Below, piece by piece: positions 39,348 to 52,559 of a stretch of DNA of 64,000 bases. This DNA is from Octopus sinensis (lineage: Eukaryota). A program made the translations under genes and the position numbers. The stretch is taken from assembly GCF_006345805.1 (NCBI RefSeq), contig NC_043005.1, positions 53,630,001 to 53,694,000 on the forward strand, given 5' to 3'. The notes under the pieces are model-generated. The model saw only the letters and a program-made list of their open reading frames with translations, searched no databases and was not told the origin of the DNA. Position 1 is the stretch's first letter. Every line of letters begins with the position of its first letter.

Positions 39348-39488
39348 TAAGGTTGTCCCAAAAGTTCGTAGAAAGTCTTGGAAAATAATGGTCTTTATTT
39401 TGAGGAATAATTTTTGTTGTTTTTGTTAGTACTTGGCGAGTAAAAATTCAATTTTCGCAAGTGTTTACGAACTTTTGGGACAACCTAA
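39348..39488. mobile_element. mariner-type MITE (141 bp)
   Basis: TA|TAAGGTTGTCCCAAAAGTTCGTA ... TACGAACTTTTGGGACAACCTAA|TA. Confidence 0.9.
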
Positions 39489-39589
39489 TATGTCTTTCGT
39501 TTGTTTTTCTTTTTTTCTATGAAGACCTATCAATTTGATTGTTACTTCTAACAGAAAGCTGTGGTTAGTGACGCAGTCTCATATTAGTA

Positions 39590-39803
39590 TCAAATTTTGG
39601 CGCAAGGCCAGAAATTTCGGAAAACGGGTTTAAGTCGATTTTCATCAACTCCAGAGTTCAACTGGTACTTATTTAATCAACCCCGAAAGGATGAAAGGCA
39701 AAGTCGACTTCGGCGGAATTTGAAATCAGAACGTAAATACGAACGAAATGTTGCTTGGCATTTTGCCCAGCGTACTAATGATTCTGCCAGCTCACCGCTT
39801 TAA
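39590..39803 (-). mobile_element. SINE family A
   Basis: CCCCGAAAGGATGAAAGGCAAAGTCGAC core; head ends CTGCCAGCTCACCGC. Confidence 0.85.
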
Positions 39804-40229
39804 CTCAGTTTCATTTTGATAGCATACGAATGGGTTAATAAAACCTCCGAGTTGGCAGAACCTTTATCTCGACGGGCAAAATACTTCGCGTTTCTTCTGG
39901 CTTTATACGTTCTGAGTTCAAATTTCACAACTGCTGTCTTTACTTTTCTCGTTTCGGCATCGATACGTTCATGTAATCGACTAGACAGCTCTGCCCAAAT
40001 TTCAGATCCCACGCCTATCATAGAAATAATATTAATGGGTGAGTTATCATTGATACTTGTGCCTAGCAGTGGTGACAAGCATTTGGAATGTTTCCATTCG
40101 CTACAGACAATATCACTTCTCTTAACTAGTAACGTGGAAGTTTTTCTCTTCTCCATGTTATCTGCAATGTGCATAACAGAAAGCCCAGTCTTCGGTGCGT
40201 TATCCTTTGATAATTTTTCTTTTTATCTT

Positions 40230-40524
40230 TTACTTGTTTTAGTCATTAGACTGTGGCCATGCTGGGGTGCCACCTTGAAGAATCTACAGTGGAATAAATC
40301 AATCCCAGCACTTTATTTAAAAGCCTGGTGCATATTTTATCAGTTTCTTATGCCGAACTGCTAAGTCACAGGGCCGTTAACACAGCAAGACCGGTTGTCA
40401 TGCGGTGGTGGGAGACAAACACAGACACAAAGACACACACACACGCACACATATATATATATACATATATATAAATATACATACACACACATATATACAG
40501 ATATATATGTGTGTGTGTGTGTAG

Positions 40525-40582
<58 letters not shown>

Positions 40583-40730
40583 CAGGCTTCTTTCAGTTTC
40601 TGTCATCCAAATCTACTCAGGAGGCACCTTGGACAAGTGGAAGACATTTGCCCAAGTAGCCACGCAGTGAGACTGAACCTGGACTCATGTGATTAGTAAG
40701 CATGCTTCTTACCACGCAATCGCGCCTGCA
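40230..40730 (-). mobile_element. SINE family B with expanded internal microsatellite
   Basis: Tail GTCATTAGACTGTGGCCATGCTGG, head ..CTTACCACGCAATCGCGCCTGCACC. Confidence 0.8.
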
Positions 40731-40822
40731 CCTTTTGTTTTATATTTCCATTTACATGGTAATATTTGTTTCAAAGAGGTTCCACCGCACCCCGCAGTCA
40801 ATTTTGCCTATTTCTTTTTTAA

Positions 40823-41375
40823 AAGCGGCAAACTGGTAGAAACGTTAGCACGTCGGGTGGGTGAAATGTTTAGCGATATTTCCTCTGTCGTTACGTTCTG
40901 AGTTCAAATTCTGCCGAGGTCGACTTTACCTTTCATCCTTTCAATGTCGATAAATTAAGTACCAGTTGTGTACTGGGGTAGATCTAATCAACTGGCCTCC
41001 TCCCCAAAATTTTCGGGCCTTGTGCCTTGATTAGAAAAGAATATTTATTTTAAAGAGATGCCACCGCACACCGCAGTCGACTTTGTCTTTTAACCTTTCG
41101 GGGTCGATAAAATAAGTACTACTCGATGACTGGCTTTGTACCAAAATTTGAAACAAGGCGGTGGGCTGGCAGAGTCATTAGCACGCCTGGCAAAATGCTT
41201 AGTAGCTTTTGTCCATCTTTACGTCGTGAGTTCAAATACCGCCAAGTCCGTCGAATTTGTCTTTTATTTTTTCCGGGTTGATAAAATAAGTACCAGTCGA
41301 ACACTGGGCCCGGCGTAATCGAATTACCCCGTTCCTCGAAATTGCATGTCTGGAGCCAAAATTTGAAACGAATAT
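40823..41375 (+). mobile_element. Cluster of SINE family A copies
   Basis: Heads at about 40823 and 41156, partial core at about 41075. Confidence 0.8.
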
Positions 41376-41574
41376 TTGTTTTAAGCCAAATGTTCCTCGC
41401 CGTTTACAAGGGCTTCAAGAACACTGGTGGAAAGAGAGCAAGAAACCACGAATTGCTTATTGACGGATTTGAACCTACAAATGAAGATGAAGAACCTAAA
41501 CCAGTAGTAACCAGATCGCTAAAGAGGAATTAAAAACTTATTAAGTCTGAGGAAATGGGTTATTATTAGAAACG

Positions 41575-41867
41575 ACAATGATAACGGTAGTGATGGTGGT
41601 GGTAGCGGTGGAAGGGAGGATTATAGCGACAACATCGGTGACAATGATGAATACGACAACGATGATGAAGACGACGACGACTAAAATGATGATGATGATG
41701 ATGATGACGATGATCATGATGGTGGTCGTGATGATGATGAGGATGATGATGAGGAGGAAGATACTAACAACGATGGTGATTTGAGAATACTAACGACGAG
41801 GATAATTCCGCTGCTGCTGCTGCTGTTGTTGAGGACGATGACGACAATGATGATGTTGATAATGATG

Positions 41868-41901
<34 letters not shown>

Positions 41902-42290
41902 AAGGATGAGGATGATGATAAGGATGAGGATGATGATGAAGATGATGATGATGGTGGTGGTGGTGGTGATGATGATGACGATGACGATGATGATGGAAAC
42001 GAGGATAAACTTGACAACGGCATCAAGGAAGATGTTATTAAGATGATGACGGAAAAGATAACGACTGAATCTTGGAACACGAGCACAACAACAACAACAA
42101 AACAACAACAGCAACAACAACAACAACAACAACGATAATATTAATGGCGACGATGTGAGGCTAATAATGATGATGAGCAGCGGGAGGACGTGGAGGAGTA
42201 GGGGAGAAGAAAAAGGAGAAGAAAGAAAACTGATGATGATGATGATGATGACAATGATGATGATGATGATGATGATGATTCTATGATTAG
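41575..42290. repeat. (GAT)n/(GGT)n/(CAA)n triplet repeat field
   Basis: Directly visible. Confidence 0.95.
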
Positions 42291-42798
42291 CTGAGGGAAT
42301 GGCATGATTATGTAAAATAACTTGCTTCTATGTTCACGTTATCACAGTTAAAATATTCAATAGTGCCAGGTGTTGTATAATTTATACAAATATGGCTGAA
42401 TAGTGATATGATCTAACTTAAGGCTTCCAAATATCCAAATAGAACATAACCAACACACAGCATTAATATACGCTACGTCATTCAGAAGATAACTGTACGT
42501 TTGTGTAAAAGTATGATATACACAGCAAGCAACGAACTGATTGTGGCTACACTGATGTCTCGAATGCAACGTGTTCGTAGATACGTATAATAAGCACCGT
42601 GGTAGTCAGACTACCTACCGGTCGATAGCAAACATCTGATGAGGCATATTCTTTTTCGTTCTCTTCTTTACTTCCTCTTCCCCACCTCTCTCTCTCCCTC
42701 TCTATCTATTCTCTCTTCCTCTCCACACAAAAGTATTGTAAGTGTGTATGGATATATATACCAGTGTATGAATCTCTCTTTCACACTGAGTATGTTTG

Positions 42799-42836
<38 letters not shown>

Positions 42837-42839
<3 letters not shown>

Positions 42840-43083
42840 GGTGGCCCAAAAGTAGGTTTACAGTTATTCAACTATCACTTTCGCATATTAACAGTTCAGA
42901 TCTTAATTATAAAAAACTAAATTAGCGTTATTGTATGCTAATTTAGTTAATTTTGTCAAGTACCTTTTACTGTTTGTAAGATAGAAATTTAAAAGTAATA
43001 AAATGTTCTAAAAGAAATGAATTAAAAGTAATAAAATGTTATAAAAGAAATTTTAACAGCAAACCTACTTTTGGGTCACCCTG
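42837..43083. mobile_element. Tc1/mariner MITE (247 bp) in a TA microsatellite
   Basis: TA|CAGGGTGGCCCAAAAGTAGGTTT ... AAACCTACTTTTGGGTCACCCTG|TA. Confidence 0.92.
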
Positions 43084-43506
43084 TATGTATGTACACACAC
43101 ACACACACACACATATATATTCATAGCACGCACATGTATATATACATATATATGCATATATATATATTCATATACATATATATACATATATATTTATATT
43201 TATATAATATAATTAAAATTTAGTTGAATTAGGTACTTAAATTGAGGCACATTGCTAGTTCGGTATAGTCCGCACACCTCAACAATATTATTTAAATACT
43301 GAGTATCAAGACTCCGTGTAGGGGTATTAGTACCTAATATTCCTGACATGTGTGCAGACAACGCAACGCAGCTATGTGAAGATATCCGCTCTTGGTAATT
43401 CAGATATGTACTTTTTCTAAAGGTACTTCTATAGTATTTCCGAAGTGTAGATTCCAAGTTAGGTGAACAGAATATAAATAAGTAACAAAGATGTACGGAT
43501 GTCAAT

Positions 43507-43591
43507 TCATTACGGCCGTTTCAAGCGGCTCCATTTAATTGATTAATGAAAACATTAAATTAATTTGAACGAAACCGCTCTCGTCAGATGA
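43507..43591 (-). ncRNA. Type I hammerhead ribozyme, intact core, palindromic stem III
   Basis: - strand: TCAT-CTGACGA-GAGCGGTTTC...GGAGCCGCTT-GAAA-CGGCCG-TA-ATGA. Stem II 10 bp including 3 G.U, palindrome ACGGCCGT, GUA triplet. Confidence 0.85.
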
Positions 43592-44267
43592 CCGCATAGA
43601 CTTCAAACATAAAGGATAAACCATTTTTTAAAACAAATTTAAATCAATAATGGAAATCAAAATATTTACATTGTTTCCTTTTGTTATATCTGTGGCAGAA
43701 AGTTACCGAAATGAACCAAGGGCCGAGAATTCTGAGCTCATATTATATACGCGTGTGTGTGTATTTCTATGTATGTGTGTGCGCGCGCGTTTGTTAAGAT
43801 AATCTGAGTAATAATTTAATAGTGTACTTTCCAAAGATCCTCTCTGGGTATCGGCTACCAAATCTTATCAAACTTTTAAGGGATAAACATGTGGAAATCC
43901 GCACATATCCTCAGAGTATAAACAAATAAACGTTAATACGTGAAGATGAATTAAACAGGATTTATTACAAATCACTGCAAATGATTCAACGCATCATTAT
44001 CAACTGTTAACTGCTGAATATTACATAAATTATACACAATATTGTATTAATAACAATAGCTGTGTACATTCGTATCCTTGGGGAGCAGATTCAAAGCAGT
44101 GAAAGTTAGGAAAGAGTGATGAAACGCATGTGTTACGATTCAAGATGCTCCAAGTGACGGTTTTAGTTTTAGTCTTTTTCTAAATTGGTTTAGTTTCGAA
44201 GTGTTGGTTATATCAATGACCAATACAAGACCTGTTGGAACGAGGATGTTAATATTCCTCTTGCATT

Positions 44268-44490
44268 TAAGGCGGCGAGCTGGCAGAAACGTTAGAACGC
44301 CGGACGAAATGCTTAACAGTATTTCGTCCGGCTTCGCGTTCCGAGATCAAATTCCACCGAGGTGGACTTTGCCTTTCGTTCTTTCGGGGTCGATAAACTA
44401 AGTACCAGTCGAGCACTGTGGTCGATGTAATCGACTTAACCCCTGCCACCCAAACTGGTGGCCTTGTACCAAAATTTGAAACCTATATTT
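44268..44490 (+). mobile_element. SINE family A
   Basis: AAGGCGGCGAGCTGGCAGAAACGTTAG head with full core. Confidence 0.9.
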
Positions 44491-45413
44491 CTCTTGGATT
44501 GTTGCAATTTAACGACTTCAGGAAAAGCAAGGTCAGGAAAAGAATTCGAGAGGATTGACATTTGGTGGGAAGAAGTGTTGGGTACACTGGTTAATGCTGT
44601 GACTGGCGCCCAGAGATAAACAGTATGGGTGACGAGAAAATTCATTATCTGTGACCTTAACACTTGTTTTCCAGCACTCGACGCATAAACAAGGTTATAA
44701 ATAGTCCACAGTTCTACAAATACAGTATTAAGTTAGTCAGATGAAGACAGTTTGAGATATCTATTATCAGCACTAAACAGAAATATAAATGGATGTAACC
44801 AAATTGTTACTAAATCAACATACGCCATTGCAGAAGTGTATCAGCTTTAACCAAGTAGCACTTCAAAGTTTTCTCGCATTCTTATACGCTTACATCCTCC
44901 TTCTAATTTTTGCTCAATCTTTCATCTTTACTGAATTTTTTTTTTCTTAAGTTTAGTTTTCGTAAACACTTCACTGCCTGCTTTTTTTTCTCCATCACTA
45001 GTAACCTTCAGATTTTATGAAGTACCATAAATTTCTATTCTTATTTATTTTTCTGTGCTATTATATTCATACTTAATAAAACCAGACTTCTTCCTCTGAC
45101 TTTTTTTTCCCCCACGAAATTTTAAGAATACCCTCAAAAGTCTGGCAAGTCACAATTCAATTTATCCTTCATCTCCTTCGGCAAAAATTAACTACTTCAT
45201 CAGCGAATGGGAGAAGCGATGTGATAACAGAGAATTTATCTGAAATCTCAGAACAACGTTTAAGTAATGCTGTTTAAAGCAGCATCGGTTCCTCAGAGAC
45301 AAATACTTAATAATGCTTAACATCCATCTCTTTCAAGTTTTACTTTTATTCAATTTTCACAACTTATATAAGTCAGCAACAATTTGGAAGAAATTGTCTA
45401 TGGTAGTTTCACT

Positions 45414-45458
45414 AGCTCTGTCTAGCCCTCGGCTTTTTTTCCCTTTCGGCTACTACAA

Positions 45459-45490
<32 letters not shown>

Positions 45491-45533
45491 ATTACTACAT
45501 ACATTGATGTTATTACTATTATTATTATTATTT

Positions 45534-45581
<48 letters not shown>

Positions 45582-45846
45582 AGCTCTGTCTAGCCCTCGG
45601 CTTTTTTTCCCTTTCGGCTACTACAACTACTATTACTACTACTAGTACTACTGCTGCTGCTGCTATTACTACATACATTGATGTTATTACTATTATTATT
45701 ATTTGTAGTAGTAGTAGTGGTAGTAGTAGTAGTAGTAGTAGTAGTAGCAACGGCAGCAGTAGTAGTAGTAGTAGTAGTAGTAGCAGCAGCAGCAACAGCA
45801 GCAGCAGAAGTAGTAGTAGTAATAGTAGTAGCAGCAGCAGTAGCAG

Positions 45847-45929
<83 letters not shown>

Positions 45930-45930
45930 T
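45414..45930. repeat. 168-bp tandem duplication embedded in (TAG)n/(CAG)n/(TAC)n repeats
   Basis: AGCTCTGTCTAGCCCTCGGCTTTTTT at 45414 and 45582. Confidence 0.9.
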
Positions 45931-46355
45931 ATTTATCAAAGTGAAACTAGTGACTGAAAGTGTTTGAAATGAAAAGTAATTTTGTGAGAAGGAGGGATAC
46001 AGTCGACTGCATCACCTTCAGTATTTAACCGACTATTTATCGGCGACGCTCAGTACTATTTAGTAGACCGAACGAAGATCTCGGCGAAAATTTAAACTTC
46101 GAACACAAAGAGCCAAAATAAATACATCAGTTGCAGATTATCAGAAACACGCAAGGATTGCTTCACCATTACCACCGCCACCGCTAATACCATCACCACC
46201 AGCACCACCATCATCACCATTGCTTTAATTGCTACAACGGCAATCAGCGTTGACAAACACGTACTGATCCATCAGCAATAACAATCCCTATTATATAGAG
46301 CAAATCCGCCTCAAATATTTCGGTTATAACAGTAAACAGAGAATCACTTGGGAGA

Positions 46356-47454
46356 AAACTCGAAAACATAGATGCCATACATGCGTTACCATTACACATC
46401 TTAGAGTTCATGGTCCATAAAAGTGAGAACAGGTAGCAGAGTTGCACTCTTCCTGGCCCTACAGTCATAACACTATCAACAACAAAAATAACCGAAACGA
46501 TACTATCAGCAGCAGAAACTAATAGTTGGATGCAACCACCGTGGCAACAACAACAACAATAACAAAATCTAAAACACATCCCGAAAAACAAAATATCTCA
46601 CTACCAAAACAAAACATTACAGCTATGGGATCTTTTCGGTTTGAACGGCAGTTTTTAAAATAATTTTAAATCGAGACCGCCAACGTGCAGATATGTTTTT
46701 GTTAACAGAAATGCTCTAAGTTACAGATATATCAACACGAAAAATTGGTCTGTTGTAAACTTAGCTCATAAACAGGCTTATGGAGTTGGAACACTTTTAC
46801 CGTTCATCGTGACAAGTAAGCATCCCATCTAGTGAGGTTTGACTCTGAAAAAGAGATACGAACTCAATCCGTCACCCCTCTAGAGGATAAGGACGGTTTT
46901 ACCTAATCCTCCCAAACTGGAGAAAAGACTGGTGAAGATGAATGTGGAAGATATTCCACCTGAAATAGATTGATGGTGGTTGATAACCGCCATAATAAGT
47001 GATAAAGAATATAGGAAAATTCCGCATAGAAAAATTCACTGTGGTAGCAGATAGTCAGCTATAGGTATGGAGATGTTCCTACAGGAAGAACCTGAAAACA
47101 TCGAAAAAATAGTCGCCAGGTTATACTTCCAAATAGGGTTGTAGCAATTGGTAGCAGTAGAAACTAGAAAACATAGATGCCATACATGCGTTACCATTAC
47201 AACATCTTAGAGTTTATGGTCCATCAAAGTGAGAACAGGTAGCAGAGTTGCACTCTTCCTGGCCCTACAGTCATAACACTATCAACAACAAAAATAACCG
47301 AAACGATACTATCAGCAGCAGATACTAATAGTGAAAGCAACCACCGCGGCAACAACAACAACAACATATAACAAAATCTCAATAGCAGTTTCAAATCTAA
47401 AAGACATCTCGAAAAACAAAATAACCCACTACCAAAACAAAACATTACAGCTAT
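46356..47454 (+). repeat. Direct repeat of about 271/294 bp around a 535-bp insert
   Basis: 46356-46626 and 47161-47454 are more than 90% identical by eye. Confidence 0.9.
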
Positions 47455-47969
47455 ATGTTCCCCGCCTCGGTAGCAAAACACAAATACAACTTCCCAATTC
47501 TACTCTTACCCACTACCCACCCAAAGAGGAGGAGGAGGAGGAGGAAGCGAAAGGGGAGCAGTAGTATGAATGAAAATGTTTAAATTTGTAATTTATTCAT
47601 AACTTTATTTCTAGTAATTGTAATAACTCAGATGACTAAATTGCAACGCTGAGAGCTGTAAACGAAATATAAATACAAATGGCAAATGATTATTTCATAT
47701 TGGTTGCTCTTGTTCTCTGTTTCTCTTGTCGTTTTCATCGTCGTTGTTCTTTAGGCGACCTATAATGAAAGACTTTCCAGTCGTGATCACTCATCCCCTC
47801 TTGTTTTCTGGTATAGCATATCTAGGAGTACATTAGCTATTTTGTCCTTCTCTGCTTTACAAAAAAAATATCATGGTAGGATGTTCGGTGTAGAAGATGT
47901 AACTACTATTTCTCGCTAGTGATAGGAACACCACATTGAATCGTGTTGGTTGTGGTTATTAGTTTTGTC

Positions 47970-48830
47970 AACGTGGCGAGCTGGCAGAATCGTTAGCGCG
48001 CCGGGCTATAATCGACTTAATCCGTTTGTCTGTCCTCTCTGTGTTTAGCTCCTTGTGGGTAGTAAATAAATAGGTATTTTGCCTGCCGTTAAGTTCTGGG
48101 TTCAAATTCTGCCGAGGCCGAATTTGCCTTTCATCCTTTCGGGGTCGATAAATTAAGTACCAGTTACGCACTGAGGTCGATGTAATCGACTTAATCCGCT
48201 TGTCTGTCCTTGTTTGTCCTCTCTGTGCTTAGGGTAGTAAAGAAATAGGTATTTCGTCTGCCGCTACGTTCTGAGTTCAAATTCCGCCGAGGTCGACTTT
48301 GCCTTTCATCATTTCGGGGTCAATAAACTAAGTACCAGTTGCGTACTAGGGTCGATCTAATCGACTAACCCCTCCCCCAAAATGTCAGGCCTTGTGCCTA
48401 GAGTAGAAAATGAATCGTTAGCGCGCCGGACAAAATACTTCGCGTTAGTTCTTCCGGTTTTACTTTCTGAGTTCAAATTCCGCTGAGGTCAATTTTGCTT
48501 TCCATCCTTTCAGGGTCGATAAAAATAAGTACCAGCTGGGTACTGAGGTCCATGTAATCGACTTAGTCCTTCTCCCAAAACTTCAGGCCTTGTACCTTTA
48601 ATAGAAAGGACTATTGTTATTATCAACGTGATAAATGGGTAGAATCGTTAACACGGCAGACAAAATACTTCGCGGTATTTCTTCCGGTTTACGTTCTGGG
48701 TTCAAATTCCGCTGAAGTCAACTTTTCTTTTCACTCTTTCGGGGTCGATAAAGCTGAGATTGCTTGGGTCGATCTAATCGACTTATTCCCTTTCCACGAT
48801 GTTTCTGACCTTGTGCCAACATTTTGGTGC
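47970..48830 (+). mobile_element. SINE family A concatemer (first unit internally deleted) followed by two more copies
   Basis: Junctions TAAATAAATAGGTATTTTG (about 48070) and TAAAGAAATAGGTATTTCG (about 48245); new heads at about 48412 and 48630. Confidence 0.85.
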
Positions 48831-48897
48831 TATTATTTTTGATGTTGTTAAGGCGGCAGCTGCCAGACTGGTTGGCACATATATATGCATATGTGTA

Positions 48898-48947
<50 letters not shown>

Positions 48948-49169
48948 GTTTGTCCCCCACCATTACTTGATAATTGTTGTTGGCTTGTCTATATCTCTGT
49001 AGCTTAGCGATTCGGCAAAAGACACCGACAGAATGAGTTCCTACCTTAAAAAAATAAATAAGTACTGGGGTCGATCTGTTCGACTGAAAACCTTTAAGGC
49101 AGTACCCCAGCATGGCCGCAAATAAAAGCTAAAATAAAAACTGAAGTAAAATAATGTAATGATATAATC

Positions 49170-49540
49170 TCTCTATATATAAACGGCAGTTTGTCTGTGC
49201 GTGTTTCTGTGTGTCTGTTTGCTTGTACCCTCACCCTGACCACGGCTTTCAACCGATTCTGATGAAACTTGACACACACATAGCCCAATGTCATAATTCA
49301 AAACTAACGCAGCGAAAATTTTGAAAAGTTCCCCCAGTTCTGAAAAAAATCGATAAAATCGACATGGGGTCGAGAATTAGAAACACAAACCACAGACTGT
49401 CTAGGGGACGCAACTCAACCTTTTTTAACTCAAAAAAAAATTTACCATCATTTTTTTGCTATTTTTTGGCTATAACTCTCTAAAAATGCTTTATAGTTAT
49501 TTCCCTTACAAACCTGAGCAACGCCGGGCGATACTGCTAG
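49170..49540 (+). mobile_element. Non-autonomous Helitron (371 bp)
   Basis: A|TCTCTCTATATATAAA 5' end; 3' hairpin CCTG-AGCAACG-CCGGG then CTAG|T; no target duplication. Confidence 0.88.
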
Positions 49541-50005
49541 TATAAAATAAAAGAGAAGATAAATGAAATGCGTTGCCAGAAAAGTTAAGTCATTTACTTT
49601 TAGACGTCTTTTATAATTCTTTAAAGAGCAACTTTCATTGGAAAATATATCTAAAAACTACAATAAAAACCTGTTTCCCTCCCCACGTCTATCATTTCAA
49701 GAAGCTATTTGTATGAGACACGATAAAGTTAATGATACAAGCTGACTGCCTTCCATCCAAGTCGGTATCCATCAAGCCCGAGGCAGAACATATTGCTAAC
49801 TGATCTGAACAAGTCAAAACAGTCTGTGAGCTTATATTTGAGGCAGCGACACTGATGGCTCAACTGTTGTCCATAAATTTAACATCAACAACGATTGTGA
49901 CTGACGTGACAGCTTCCGAGACAGCACGTAATCTAGACTTATAAAGATAAACAAAATTCGATATTTGTTTGCATCATTACCTATATATGTACTTATGTAC
50001 ACAAG

Positions 50006-50040
<35 letters not shown>

Positions 50041-50275
50041 ATTCGTAAGTATAGTTGTATGTTTTATGTAAATATGTTCTGTTTTATTTTCCAAAGTTCT
50101 CAGTATTAGAAAAGAGGAAACTTGTGTGCATAGTTAGGGAAAGAGTGGTCACGGCTGTCTATTCAGTATGCAGAAGGCTCCCTTGAGATACTTGTTCTCA
50201 GTCGTATTGTTAATATTTATAATTAGCATCACTATATACAATCTATCTATATACATAGTGATCACACCGAGGGCT

Positions 50276-50345
50276 TGCCAACTGATGAGAGTCAACTGCA
50301 CTTCAGACTGAGGAGGTCTAAAAAAGACTGAAACGTGTCTGTTGC
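50276..50345 (+). ncRNA. Decayed type I hammerhead with two candidate CUGANGA cores
   Basis: CTGATGAGAGTC (50282), CTGAGGA-GGTCT-AAAAA-AGACT-GAAAC-GT-GTC (50308-50339); stem I poorly paired. Confidence 0.45.
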
Positions 50346-50726
50346 ATTCATAAGTTATCTTTAAAGACAAGCCCTACCCTTATTTGCATTGTCCTGGAGT
50401 TACCGCCTTTGTTTTAGGTATAAGTTTTTATATTTTTAAAAAAGGCTTTGAGGTTTCTGTTTACTAATTGCGTGGACAATTTCAGTTCACAGAAAATTTT
50501 CTATTCAGTGAATGGGTCAATATAAGATAACACTAAAATGGTAAAAATGAGTAAACAAAGAATCGAACACACATACGCACTTATAGTAGTGACCAACAAA
50601 AAGAAAAAACAGGTATTTCAAAATAATGTATTAATTTAATTCGGTCAGCTAAATCCAAACACAGGCTTCTTGTTTACAAATTAGAACATTCACGCTGTGC
50701 ATGTTCAAGCATATTCTTATCTCATA

Positions 50727-51130
50727 GAAGGCGGCGAGCTGGCAGAAACGTTAGCACGCCGAGCGAAATGCGTAGCCGTATTTCGTCTGCCGTTACGTTC
50801 TAAGATCAAATTCCGCCGAAGTCGACTTTGCCTTTCATCCTTTCGGGGTCGATAAATTAAGTACCAGTTACGCACTGGGGTCGATGTAATCGACTTAATC
50901 CGTTTGTCTGTCCTTGTTTGTCCTCTCTGTGTTTAGCCCCTTGTGGGTAGTAAAGAAATAGGTATTTCGTCTGTCTTTACGTTCTGAGTTCAAATTCCAC
51001 CGAGGTTGATTTTGCCTTTCATTCTTTCGGGTCGATAAATTAAGTAGCAGTTGCGTACTGGAGCCGATATAATAGACTACCCCACCTCCCCAAAAACTTT
51101 GGGCCTTGTGCCTAGAGTAGAAAAGAATAT
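50727..51130 (+). mobile_element. SINE family A concatemer: head plus two units (period 184)
   Basis: Unit starts at 50777 and 50961 with the same GTAGTAAAGAAATA|GGTATTTCGTC junction. Confidence 0.9.
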
Positions 51131-51599
51131 TCTTAACTCATATGACTCTAACCCCAAACATATTAAATATCTGAGCCCTCACTCAGGAACAGAAACTAGC
51201 TATCTTGACAATTTTGTCATTCACACCTCCTTTCATAGCATATCCCCGGTTCTCTGTGCATCCTGCCTGCTTTTCTAACAAATGTTCCAGTCCATTGCCT
51301 TAAAGTAGTACTTCATTGATTCCAAAAGGATGAAAGACAAAATTGGCTTGAAATCAGAATATAAAGAACCAAAGTAAATACCAGGAAGCATTTTATCCTA
51401 TGCTCTAAGGATTCTTTCAATTCACTATACAATACCATATCACATGGTGAATGAAAAATCCTGCCTACAAATTATTTATAGATACTCTCTTGTTTCTCTA
51501 TCCTCTCTTCAATGATCCCTTCCCTCTCTCTCTCTCTCTCTGCTTAATTTTTCTTTTATTCTTTCTTTTTCCTTCTTCCAGAACCTCCTTCCTCTAACC

Positions 51600-51834
51600 C
51601 AGCGGTTCTCAACTGGAGTCCATATAAGATTTTATTGTTGAAATGCATGTGCAATAAGCTGGTTGTACTTCTACAATGCAAAAAATATTTAAAATATTTT
51701 ATACAATTCCAAATAATATTTAATTATAAAAATATAGTAATTTTTTTTTTATCTCAGTGAATGGCTATGGAAGTCCAGCAGAGTAAAATAGGAATCGAGG
51801 GTATCCATAGGTAAAAAGTGGTTGAGAACAACTA
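51600..51834. mobile_element. hAT (Charlie-like) MITE
   Basis: CAGCGGTTCTCAAC ... GTTGAGAACAACTA termini; no clean 8-bp duplication seen. Confidence 0.55.
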
Positions 51835-51957
51835 CTAGAGTCTAACTCCTGGTTTATTTCTCTCGAGAACCAAATTATCTTGCCCTTTTCATGAAAACCT
51901 GCCCTGATGATATTAGAACGATTTTTCTAACTTGGAAACATAACCCGTCCTATGCTA

Positions 51958-52168
51958 TTTTCATGGTTCCGAATGTTGTTCATACACGCTCCTGCTAATG
52001 CAGAAAAACATAATATCGAAATACCTGAAATTACATTTTCATCCAAGAATAGTGGAACACTTTTTCATGGTTCCGAATGTTGTTCATACACGCTGCTGCT
52101 AATGCAGAAAAACATAATATCGAAATACCTGAAATTACATTTTCATCCAAGAATAATGGAACACTTTT
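51958..52168 (+). repeat. 104-bp tandem duplication
   Basis: TCATGGTTCCGAATGTTGTTCATACACG at 51961 and 52065; near-identical copies. Confidence 0.95.
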
Positions 52169-52559
52169 GTGTTTATCCCCTCTATGTTATCCACATTTCT
52201 GCCGAAGTTTTGTCCTCTTCTATTACCGTTCCATCTTAGACTAATACGATTATGAGTAACACCTTTATAATTCGTGAATTACCTATTGATATATATAATA
52301 TAAGCTGTGTGTTTCCAAAGCTTCCCGCTCGACCTGTTCTGGTATGTTGAGCAATTCCTGAAATTATTTCTGGCGATTTTATATATGCCTTTTTGTTTTT
52401 AACCCAAAATAATGTTGGAAGGCGCCCCACCCCACTTCTGTCGAATGCACGCGTCAGTCTACACAATATGTAAGTTGTACTCATTGGAATCAGCTGCTGT
52501 TCATCCTTGTCACTTCGTTGTCACACAACTCCAATATCATCATGCAGATGTAGAAGAGC

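Noticed and set aside
51895-51955. CTGATGA..GAAAC..GTC motif
   Set aside because: No stem I pairing and a mismatched stem II base.
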